This document shows, in pieces, positions 22,547-29,362 of a stretch of 29,362 nt of DNA. The position numbers and the translations under genes are program-made. Origin of the DNA: a virus. Each line of letters begins with the position of its first letter. Position 1 is the stretch's first letter. The notes below the pieces were generated by a model, which made no database searches, was not told where the DNA came from, and saw nothing but the letters and a program-made list of their open reading frames with translations. The stretch lies in IMG/VR virus record IMGVR_UViG_3300042460_000312. The stretch is one strand, 5' to 3'.

Positions 22547-22877
22547 AAATTATAAATTCGTTGTTTGATGTATGCGAAATATATTGCCCGTTATTTACCG
22601 AGAATGTCGCTAAAGGTTGATTAGTACAGAATGCTTTTTCTAATAGTAATCTATTGCCCGAAGCATCTTTTAATTCAATCATATAAAACCTATTTTCCGT
22701 AAGGTTAAAAATGGCTTCTATTTGATAAAAGTAACTTAACGCACCTTGTGAAATAATCGGAACGTTTGTAGTTATGTTTTCGGCTTCGTCCGTAATTAAC
22801 AAATCCGTAATCGTTCCCGTTCGTGGCGTACAATTAAAGGTTTGGCTTGTAATATTATTTGTAGTTAAAACTATCAT
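22539..22877 (-). CDS. Hypothetical beta-rich virion-module protein, 112 aa
   Basis: ORF with an ATG start that overlaps the portal start by 8 nt. No motif recognised. Confidence 0.5.
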   Translation of the reverse strand: MIVLTTNNITSQTFNCTPRTGTITDLLITDEAENITTNVPIISQGALSYFYQIEAIFNLTENRFYMIELKDASGNRLLLEKAFCTNQPLATFSVNNGQYISHTSNNEFIIYE

Positions 22878-22912
22878 ATAGATATAATTAGATTTTCTTG
22901 TTTTTGTTTCAT

Positions 22913-22939
22913 AAAAAAAGGGTTACACGAATGCAACCC
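22913..22939 (-). terminator. Rho-independent terminator after the 183-aa gene
   Basis: The minus-strand RNA reads GGGUU-N10-AACCC followed by UUUUUUU, about 30 nt after the stop codon. Confidence 0.6.
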
Positions 22940-22968
22940 CCTTTTAGTTTTAACCAATAAAACGTCTT

Positions 22969-23520
22969 TTATACCGTAATTACCGCATTGTTTAATAGTG
23001 CTGACAAAGTCGCTTCGTCAATACAATCAAGGAAATTGGCGGGAACAGCCTCTTGCCCCGTGAAAGTCAATCCGTAACCATTCATGTCACCCAAGTTTGT
23101 GCCATTTCCAATAGTTCCCGCAGTAACATCCATTCCTCTTGCTAATCCCGCAATAAAGAATTGGTTTGCATTTGTGCGAACAATAATATTTGGTCTTCCG
23201 TAAGTAAGTAACTTAACTTGCTTATGTGTAGCAACGTCTTGTTTCTTTAGCATAATAGCTAAAACTTGCTCAAAGAAAGTTGTTCCGTTTTCTCTTGAAC
23301 TTGTTATAGTTGTTTCAAAAGAGTTTGTACCCTTTAATTCGAATTTATAAATCGGTGTTGATGCGGGTAAAGCAATTGCCGAAATTTCGTCAGATGTACC
23401 AACATAAGTAACGTCAGCAACTGCGTCATAAAGTCCGTAGTTTAAAATGTAGATTGCTTGTAAACCGCCAACGACGTCCTTACATTGCTCCAATCTACCA
23501 AGTGTAATATCACAAGCCAT
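22969..23520 (-). CDS. Abundant virion protein, 183 aa (major tail tube protein favoured; capsid decoration is the alternative)
   Basis: It follows the capsid gene directly and is bracketed by a hairpin and a strong terminator. It is beta-rich, with GLARGMDVTAGTIG...DMNGYGLTFTGQE resembling tail-tube C-terminal blocks. Confidence 0.4.
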   Translation of the reverse strand: MACDITLGRLEQCKDVVGGLQAIYILNYGLYDAVADVTYVGTSDEISAIALPASTPIYKFELKGTNSFETTITSSRENGTTFFEQVLAIMLKKQDVATHKQVKLLTYGRPNIIVRTNANQFFIAGLARGMDVTAGTIGNGTNLGDMNGYGLTFTGQEAVPANFLDCIDEATLSALLNNAVITV

Positions 23521-23549
23521 TTTTGTATGTTTTTAATTGTTTATAATAA

Positions 23550-23567
23550 GGGGTGGTTGCCCACCCC
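23550..23567 (-). terminator. Strong GC hairpin immediately after the capsid gene (attenuator / mRNA stabiliser)
   Basis: GGGGTGG-TTGC-CCACCCC, a 7-bp stem with a 4-nt loop, 10 nt after the stop. It is followed by a U-rich UUAUUAU. Confidence 0.5.
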
Positions 23568-23576
23568 GTTAAATGA

Positions 23577-24521
23577 TTATCCGTAAACTACGATGTCCTC
23601 GATGACTCCGTAAGTTGCACCTGCCGCCATTCTCATAATTACACGGCAATTTTGGCTTCCGTCTATATCCGACATATCTAAAACCTTCACGAGTGACTGG
23701 TCAGAAAGCAACGAGCATCCGAAAAACAAGTTAGATGTTGTTGTTGCCATCATTGAATCGTTAGGCAATCCGTTTGCCATAAAAATTGGTATTCCCGAAT
23801 AAGACAAAGCTCCGTTTGTATACCACATTGTACCCATTGAGTTCACACCCGCATTTGCTTGTGAGTTAGTACCTAAAGCACCGAAACCACCTAAAGCGGA
23901 AACATAAGCCTTTGCAACGTTTTGTGAAACATAAATCTTTAAATCAGATTTTCCGTAAAGTGTTGCGGGAATTTGCGCTTCAACTAAAGCAAGTTGAGCA
24001 ATTACGTTAGCGGGTGTAATCGCAACGTTGTTAATCAATTGTGCGGGTGGTAACAAAGGGTCAACTAAAGCCGTTGAAAACAATCCGTCGAATTCTCCCG
24101 AAACTGCACTTGAACCTTGCCATAAAGATACTTCGTTTGCGGAAGCAACTTGGGAAGCTACGTGTGCAATTAAGTAATCAGCAAACGACTTAGGCAATAC
24201 GTCAAAAGACGAAAAACCTTGCTCAATTCCTTGCCAAGTATTATGAAATTGGGACTTGCACAATTGCATATTAACTTGTATGTCCTTAACTTCCAAAATT
24301 CTCTCGGTTAAAGAAACCGTTGAATTTGTTTGAAAGTCACAAGACGCATCTTCTAAAACGTTTGCGCTTTCTAAACGTTGAATAACTGATTTAAATTTGA
24401 TGTTCGGCATAATGGTTACCCCGCCATTTTCGATTGTTGGTGCGCTTAGTAGTGCGGCACTAATATACTTACCCGCAAATTGACCCGCATAAGTAGTAGT
24501 AATTGATGGTTGTGTTGGCAT
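23577..24521 (-). CDS. Major capsid protein (HK97 fold)
   Basis: 314 aa. It lies downstream of the protease and scaffold-like genes. The N-terminus TTYAGQFAGKYISAAL, LWQGS...FDGLF and the Gly/Ala-rich C-terminal half are typical of HK97-like capsid proteins. Confidence 0.8.
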   Translation of the reverse strand: MPTQPSITTTYAGQFAGKYISAALLSAPTIENGGVTIMPNIKFKSVIQRLESANVLEDASCDFQTNSTVSLTERILEVKDIQVNMQLCKSQFHNTWQGIEQGFSSFDVLPKSFADYLIAHVASQVASANEVSLWQGSSAVSGEFDGLFSTALVDPLLPPAQLINNVAITPANVIAQLALVEAQIPATLYGKSDLKIYVSQNVAKAYVSALGGFGALGTNSQANAGVNSMGTMWYTNGALSYSGIPIFMANGLPNDSMMATTTSNLFFGCSLLSDQSLVKVLDMSDIDGSQNCRVIMRMAAGATYGVIEDIVVYG

Positions 24522-24547
24522 TTCTTTTTAAAATTAAATTGTTAATA

Positions 24548-25132
24548 TTATTTATTCATTTTTTCTAATATAGAATCCATTACGTTACGTGGTCTTTTAG
24601 AACCAATTTTAGTGAATTCAATTTCTTTTGTATTCTCGGGGTTGAAACTAATTGGTTTAATGTCCGAAAGTTCGGTCGTATCATTTGCGACTGCGTCAAC
24701 TTTGGTTAATAATTCCAACTTCGCTTTTAACTCGTTATTTTCTTTTGTAAGCGCTTCCATTTCTGAAAAGAAAGTTTCTTTAACTACGCTTTCGATTGTT
24801 TTCTTTGGTGTTGACTTTTCAACTTGTGCTTCAACTTCTTCTTCAACAACTTCTTCTTCAGCAACGGGCGCTTCTTCTTCTTCGGCTTCAGCTTCTTTGT
24901 AGTCTGCAATAATACCTTCTTCAACTACGGACATAATAAATCCGTCTTCCATTTCATATTCACCAATCGGAACGGGTATTTTTTGCTCGTCTTCAGTTAT
25001 AACAAAAACTTCATTATCCATTTCGAATGCGTCTGCTTCTATTAGTGTAACGCCGTCCGCCATTTTTCTTTGTTCTAACTTTACGTCCATTCCAAGTAAA
25101 GTTTTGATTTGATTAATTACGCTTGTTTTCAT
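24548..25132 (-). CDS. Scaffolding-like protein, 194 aa
   Basis: Acidic run EAEAEEEEAPVAEEEVVEEEVE plus a coiled-coil segment, directly upstream of the capsid gene. Confidence 0.5.
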   Translation of the reverse strand: MKTSVINQIKTLLGMDVKLEQRKMADGVTLIEADAFEMDNEVFVITEDEQKIPVPIGEYEMEDGFIMSVVEEGIIADYKEAEAEEEEAPVAEEEVVEEEVEAQVEKSTPKKTIESVVKETFFSEMEALTKENNELKAKLELLTKVDAVANDTTELSDIKPISFNPENTKEIEFTKIGSKRPRNVMDSILEKMNK

Positions 25133-25144
25133 ATTTGATTTTTA

Positions 25145-25528
25145 TTAAAGTTTTGATTTACTTTGTAAACTATTTATAATTTTATCGGCTTGGTTTAGTG
25201 CGCCTTGCGCTTGTTGTAATTTTTTAATATTATCGTCGCATATTTGTAAAGACGTTTTTAACCATTTTCCTTGATTGCTATCTAATAAAGAAGCATCAAT
25301 AGCGCTAATTTTAGAAATTAAAACATTTATTTCAGTTTTTGCATTTGTGTAACTTGACGTAGATTTGCCGATTTCTGCTATTGATTGCTTGACTTGTGAA
25401 TTATTAGCAAGTTTATTTGCTTCAAATATACTTTTGTATATGTCATCAATTCCAGCTAAATTAACTTCGTGTTTTGCTAACTCCGTCTTGTCGCCTAATT
25501 TGTCGTAAATGGTTTTTAGTGTGTTCAT
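25145..25528 (-). CDS. Hypothetical helical head-module protein, 127 aa
   Basis: ORF with an ATG start and an all-helical heptad-like sequence. No motif recognised. Confidence 0.5.
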   Translation of the reverse strand: MNTLKTIYDKLGDKTELAKHEVNLAGIDDIYKSIFEANKLANNSQVKQSIAEIGKSTSSYTNAKTEINVLISKISAIDASLLDSNQGKWLKTSLQICDDNIKKLQQAQGALNQADKIINSLQSKSKL

Positions 25529-25565
25529 AGTTATATAATTTAATTGTTTATTTTTTGTTGTAAAA

Positions 25566-25739
25566 TTAGTTTACGTTACCGATTCCTTGAGCTTGTAAAG
25601 ACCCATTGCAACACTTCCGAGAATAGCGCTTTCCGTCCTTACATAAACACCCCCTTCGACCCCCAATTGGACTTGAGCGTGGTCTTTCAATTTCTTTTTT
25701 TGCTACGTCGGAAACCTTTATGTTTGTTGAGTTTTTCAT
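25566..25739 (-). CDS. Hypothetical 57-aa basic Cys-rich protein (not in ORF track)
   Basis: Manual translation gives MKNSTNIKVSDVAKKEIERPRSSPIGGRRGCLCKDGKRYSRKCCNGSLQAQGIGNVN, with a C-x-C-x9-CC pattern. Confidence 0.4.
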   Translation of the reverse strand: MKNSTNIKVSDVAKKEIERPRSSPIGGRRGCLCKDGKRYSRKCCNGSLQAQGIGNVN

Positions 25740-25829
25740 TATCTTTAGTTTTAGGTATAATCTATCGTTAAAGTATTAAAGTTCGTTAAATCGCATTAAA
25801 ACCGCTTTAAAACGTATTTATGTTTTTTG

Positions 25830-25967
25830 TTATCTTCCTTGCCTTGCGTAACTTTTTTTGTAATTTTTACTTGATTTTAAACCGCTATTTCGTGTTTTTG
25901 AATGTACTCCAGAACGCTTAATTTTTGGTTTTTTCAAGTGGTTTTGTACGCTCGTTTGCTTCGACAT
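25830..25967 (-). CDS. Hypothetical 45-aa hyper-basic protein (not in ORF track)
   Basis: Manual translation gives MSKQTSVQNHLKKPKIKRSGVHSKTRNSGLKSSKNYKKSYARQGR. It has 14 Lys/Arg and no Asp/Glu, and starts 15 nt after the protease stop. Confidence 0.4.
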   Translation of the reverse strand: MSKQTSVQNHLKKPKIKRSGVHSKTRNSGLKSSKNYKKSYARQGR

Positions 25968-25982
25968 TTTATAAATAAAGTT

Positions 25983-26942
25983 TTATAATTTTACGTTTTT
26001 AGGTAAAACACTTTTAGTATATTGAACTAAATTATCAATTTCCTTCATTATAGTATCAATACTTTTTGGATAATTAATTCCTAAATCCGACGCTTTACTT
26101 ACTAAATCTTGATATATTTTAGAGGTTGTATTTCTTCCGTCTATAATTCTCTCAATTCTTCTTTGAGCAGTTTCTATTTCAATTTCTAAAGATTTTTTTT
26201 GATTTTCTAAATCGCTTTTTAATTTAAAATATGTGTTTAAATCTTTTTGTGTTTCAACAATTTCTTTTTTTAATAAATCACCATTAGTAATGGTTGTATT
26301 TGCTAATTTAGTAAAATCGTCAATTAAACTTAAATCTACTTTATTGCTTTTTAATTCACTTTTAATAATTAGTTCTTTGATTTTTTCAACCATTGCTTTT
26401 TCTTCCATATCTATATTTTTTGAATTCATTTCGTAACGATCCGCAAAATAACCCTCAATTGAGAATCCTTTTACTTCGCCCAATTTAACTTTGTTCCAAA
26501 TTTCGTCGTTGTTTACTTTCATCGAAATCATCCAAGTACCTTTTGGTAAATCAAATCCGTAGTTTTTGCTTTTGTCGTTTTCGCCTTCGATAATCCAACT
26601 TTCAACAACCGACATTCCTTTTAACTTTTGGCTATGTTCTAACGTTGAATTATTTTGGTTTGCGTTCATTAAAAACAACTCACTTGCTTTTCGTATAGTT
26701 GCCTTTGAAAAATAAATATAATATTCGTCTTTTGTCTTGTCGTTCTTACGATAAATTTGTTTGTCGGGAACTAAAGCTGGTCCCATTAAGATTCGCTTTT
26801 CTGCGTCAACTTCTTTTAAAAGTATTTCGTGTTTTGACAAGTGAATAAAGTTTTCTTCTATTGCGGGTGACATTACAACGCTTATTGCGTCTATTCCGCT
26901 TTGCTCGTCTTTTTCGTCTATAATTAATTCTACTATTCGCAT
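25983..26942 (-). CDS. XkdF-like prohead serine protease with a C-terminal coiled coil
   Basis: GIDAISVVMSPAIEENF, ILMGPALVPD, STLEHS and VVESWII...GTWMISMKV...VKGFSIEG match the XkdF (Peptidase_S78_2) pattern as I recall it. Confidence 0.65.
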   Translation of the reverse strand: MRIVELIIDEKDEQSGIDAISVVMSPAIEENFIHLSKHEILLKEVDAEKRILMGPALVPDKQIYRKNDKTKDEYYIYFSKATIRKASELFLMNANQNNSTLEHSQKLKGMSVVESWIIEGENDKSKNYGFDLPKGTWMISMKVNNDEIWNKVKLGEVKGFSIEGYFADRYEMNSKNIDMEEKAMVEKIKELIIKSELKSNKVDLSLIDDFTKLANTTITNGDLLKKEIVETQKDLNTYFKLKSDLENQKKSLEIEIETAQRRIERIIDGRNTTSKIYQDLVSKASDLGINYPKSIDTIMKEIDNLVQYTKSVLPKNVKL

Positions 26943-26963
26943 ATTATTATAATTAAAGTATTT

Positions 26964-29336
26964 TTAAATTGTTGCATTATTTATTCTATTTCTTTCGAGT
27001 GCTTGTGCGCTTGTCATTTCGGAACTTACTACATACGCTTGTACGGGTTTTTGTTGTAACTGCGCTAATTGATTCATTCCGTTATTCCCTACAACGTTAA
27101 ATTGTGGCGCTTGTACCGCACCGCCAACACCACCACCACCGCCACTACTTGCGCTTGGTTCTGCTCCTCCTTCAAATTGTGATTCTTTGATTTTCTTGAT
27201 ATTCATTAAACCCATTGCGATTGCACCCGCACTTGCTAAAGGCGCTAACACTGGTCCGACAACGGGAACACCTATAACCGACTTATAAGCACTTTGAGCG
27301 CTTACAAATGTGTCAATTGTTGCGCTTGCTATATTAGAAGCCTTTTGAATATTAAACGCCCTTTTTTGACTTGCTTTACTTTTACCCGCAAATAGTTCGG
27401 CTATGTTTGCAATAGATGTTAAACCGCCTTTAACTGCGTCTAATTGTTTGTTTAATAATTCTTGTTTTTTATTTTTAGCGTCTTCGTCTAACTTTGCAAT
27501 TTCTATATTCGTTTTTTCGGTTAATGCTATTTTAGCCTTTTCATATTGTTCTTGAGTTAATAATTTTAAATCGAAATCGCTTGTTAACTTTTCTAAATCT
27601 AAAACCGCTTTTTGGTCTATCGCTTGTCGTGCTAATTCTTCTTCGCTTAAAACAATTAAATTATAATTCTTTATCGCTTCAATTTCTTTTTGTCTTTGAG
27701 CTTCTTTGATTGCTTCGGCTTCGGCTAAATATTTTGCGTCAATTGCTTTTAGTGCTTCGACGTGTTCCCTTGTTAGTTTTTCAATATCCGTTGCCAGTAA
27801 ACTTTCAGCGTCGAATTTTTGCATTAAAACTAATTTTTCGTAGTCTTGTTTACTTAAATCAATTTCTTGTTGTTTTAACCAATCTTCGTCCTCTTTTTTA
27901 ATTCGGTCTTGAGTGTATTTATCACGGATTTTTTGTTCGTCTTGTTCTTGTAAAATTACATCTTGTGCAATTAATTCGTCGGCTTGTTTCTTTTTTAAAG
28001 TGCGTTCTTTAACTTGCTTTTCTAAATCTATTTTTTTACGCTCGTATTGAACACGAACTAATTCAAGTTCTTTTTCTTGTCCGTCTGATAATGCTTTTAA
28101 TTTTGCGTCTTCTATTTCCCTTGAAATATCTTTAACTTCTTTAACTTCTTTTTTTAAACTTTCAGAATTACTTTTAGCTTCTTTTTGTGCGTCAATCGAG
28201 GCTTGTCTTTTTTTATTTATTTGTTCTTGGTCAAATATTGCTAATTCATTTTCAGCATCTTTTACCGCTTTAACTGCGTCTTGATTTAATTTTATATTGG
28301 CAGACCTTTGTTCCGCCATTTCTTTTTCAAACTTATTCCAAGCGGCATAATCTCCCGTCCTTTCAGCACTTGCCCGAAGCTCTGCAACCGTTAATAAATT
28401 TTTTGCTTTTAATTGTTGGTCAATTCCATAAGTTTCGTTAACAAGTCCTTTTTGATAAGCAATTGACGCTTTTATTCTTGCCCGTTCTAAGTTAGTTGTG
28501 TCCTTACCTTGTGACTTCATCAAGGCAATTTGTCGCCCCATTGCATCGTCTTCTTTTGTAAAAATTCTATTTTTGTTTTCAAAGTTTTTACTTCTTGCTT
28601 CTGCTTCTTTTTTAATTTGGTTAATAGTAGCTTCAGAACGTTTTTTTGCTTTTTCTGCATTGTCCGCTCCTTTATTATCAGTTACCCCAAGAAAATCGCC
28701 AAAATCTTTTAACCCTTGTATAATAAATTGTAAGGGTTGCATTAACGCTTCAAAATTTGCAATTAATAAACCAACACCAAGAACTAAAGCGCCTATACCC
28801 GTTCCAATCATTGCAAGTCTAAACAACTTCATTCCACCCGTTGAAGCTCCAACAACTGCGGTATATACTCCCGTTGCTACGCTTAACGCCGTTGTTTTTA
28901 CGGCATCAACTCCTTTCATAAATGCGCTTTCCTTTTGTAACGCAATTTGAACTTGTTGAACTCCATTCGCCAAAGCCATTGCGCTTTGTACTTTCAACAT
29001 TGTTTTTTCTAAGTTCTTATTTTCAGAACCTACCAAACCCATTGCACCTTGTACCGCTTCGAACCCACCCGTAACCGCACTTAAACCGCCTAAAGCAACG
29101 TCTACTTTTCCCGTATCGGAAGCAAAGTTTTTAACTTGTTGGTTTAAGTCTCCGATTTTATCTTGTAACTTTCCCGCTTCAGCAACTAACTCCTTGAAAC
29201 CCTCAGAACCTTCGTCCATTGTTCCAAGTTGCTCCTTCATTTCCCTTAATTGTTGTTTAAGGGTTTTCGTTTTTTCGGTTACTTGGTCAAAGCCACTTTC
29301 TTTAACCTCAAGTTCAATTGTTCTTTTTTCAGCCAT
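26964..29336 (-). CDS. Tape-measure-like protein, 790 aa
   Basis: N-terminal Gly/Ala-rich hydrophobic segments (GGLSAVTGGFEAVQGAMGLVG; LAMIGTGIGALVLGVGLLIANF), a ~350-aa Lys/Glu coiled coil, and a second hydrophobic block plus a poly-Gly C-terminus. Confidence 0.55.
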   Translation of the reverse strand: MAEKRTIELEVKESGFDQVTEKTKTLKQQLREMKEQLGTMDEGSEGFKELVAEAGKLQDKIGDLNQQVKNFASDTGKVDVALGGLSAVTGGFEAVQGAMGLVGSENKNLEKTMLKVQSAMALANGVQQVQIALQKESAFMKGVDAVKTTALSVATGVYTAVVGASTGGMKLFRLAMIGTGIGALVLGVGLLIANFEALMQPLQFIIQGLKDFGDFLGVTDNKGADNAEKAKKRSEATINQIKKEAEARSKNFENKNRIFTKEDDAMGRQIALMKSQGKDTTNLERARIKASIAYQKGLVNETYGIDQQLKAKNLLTVAELRASAERTGDYAAWNKFEKEMAEQRSANIKLNQDAVKAVKDAENELAIFDQEQINKKRQASIDAQKEAKSNSESLKKEVKEVKDISREIEDAKLKALSDGQEKELELVRVQYERKKIDLEKQVKERTLKKKQADELIAQDVILQEQDEQKIRDKYTQDRIKKEDEDWLKQQEIDLSKQDYEKLVLMQKFDAESLLATDIEKLTREHVEALKAIDAKYLAEAEAIKEAQRQKEIEAIKNYNLIVLSEEELARQAIDQKAVLDLEKLTSDFDLKLLTQEQYEKAKIALTEKTNIEIAKLDEDAKNKKQELLNKQLDAVKGGLTSIANIAELFAGKSKASQKRAFNIQKASNIASATIDTFVSAQSAYKSVIGVPVVGPVLAPLASAGAIAMGLMNIKKIKESQFEGGAEPSASSGGGGGVGGAVQAPQFNVVGNNGMNQLAQLQQKPVQAYVVSSEMTSAQALERNRINNATI

Positions 29337-29362
29337 TATTTTTTATAATTATAAATTATTTG
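29236..29362. repeat. Second copy of the 127-bp overlap (identical to 1..127)
   Basis: Identical string at both window ends. A length of 127 is typical of a maximal assembler k-mer. Confidence 0.95.

Noticed and set aside
25544-25771. Plus-strand 75-aa ORF or a structured RNA in the relatively GC-rich stretch of the capsid-module gap
   Set aside because: The minus strand carries a clean ATG-to-TAA 57-aa ORF over the same bases, consistent with the uniform gene orientation. I found no convincing extended stem-loops or tRNA-like arms.
1147-28950. All 23 plus-strand ORFs in the track (60-150 aa), for example 1801..2193, 14339..14782 and 28498..28950
   Set aside because: Each lies antisense within a well-supported minus-strand gene. 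Their translations are low-complexity and rich in Phe, Leu, Ser and Cys, as expected from the complement of A-rich codons. None shows start/stop packing with neighbours or any recognisable motif.
1-29362. tRNA, rRNA, CRISPR array, integrase/repressor lysogeny module, transposase
   Set aside because: I saw no GTTCRANYC T-loop with flanking complementary arms, no spaced direct-repeat array, and no ORF with recombinase, repressor or transposase motifs. The absence is from visual inspection only; tRNAscan-SE and HMM searches should confirm it.

Overview
The window is one complete, densely packed tailed-phage genome. Bases 1..127 are identical to 29236..29362, so the unique sequence is 29,235 bp and the contig closes on itself. 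A 127-nt overlap is what a k=127 assembler leaves on a circular contig; a genuine short terminal repeat is the alternative. Every credible gene is on the minus strand, and all plus-strand ORFs in the track look like antisense artefacts. There are no Shine-Dalgarno sequences, the sequence is AT-rich, and three intergenic sites match the Bacteroidota promoter consensus TTG/TTTG-N17-22-TAnnTTTG, so a Flavobacteriia-like host is inferred. No integrase or repressor was seen, which suggests a virulent phage. In transcription order (descending coordinates): (1) the largest non-coding region (17186..17421), with repeats and an early promoter. (2) About 10 small early ORFs (17185..15379). (3) Replication genes: a DnaA-domain-IV-like protein, a replisome-organizer-like protein with internal iterons, and a DnaB/RecA-like helicase. 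(4) A C5-cytosine methyltransferase, a NinG/Rap-like endonuclease and a PD-(D/E)XK nuclease. (5) A second promoter, then Erf, a YqaJ-like exonuclease and SSB. (6) A terminator and promoter, then an ECF-like sigma factor, TerS and TerL. (7) A tail block (chaperone-like gene with a candidate -1 frameshift, neck proteins, two large tail proteins, a C1q-like fibre), continuing across the circular junction into a 790-aa tape-measure-like protein. (8) An XkdF-like protease, two tiny ORFs, a scaffold-like protein, the major capsid protein and an abundant 183-aa virion protein. (9) A portal with a C-terminal Cys/His domain and an adaptor-like protein. (10) A lysis cassette (2-TM peptide, holin, YkuD-signature lysin, unimolecular-spanin-like lipoprotein) and a metallophosphoesterase. 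Eleven ORFs under 60 aa that the track misses fill almost every apparent gap, usually with ATGA or TAATG stop/start overlaps. The observations most worth follow-up are: the apparent total absence of CCGG and GGCC; the T9 slippery run with 205 nt of dual coding; a lambda-like candidate origin inside the organizer gene; the repeat array at the late/early boundary; the hyper-basic and Cys-rich mini-ORFs in the capsid module; and the scrambled morphogenesis gene order. All functional calls rest on motifs recognised by eye, not on database searches.
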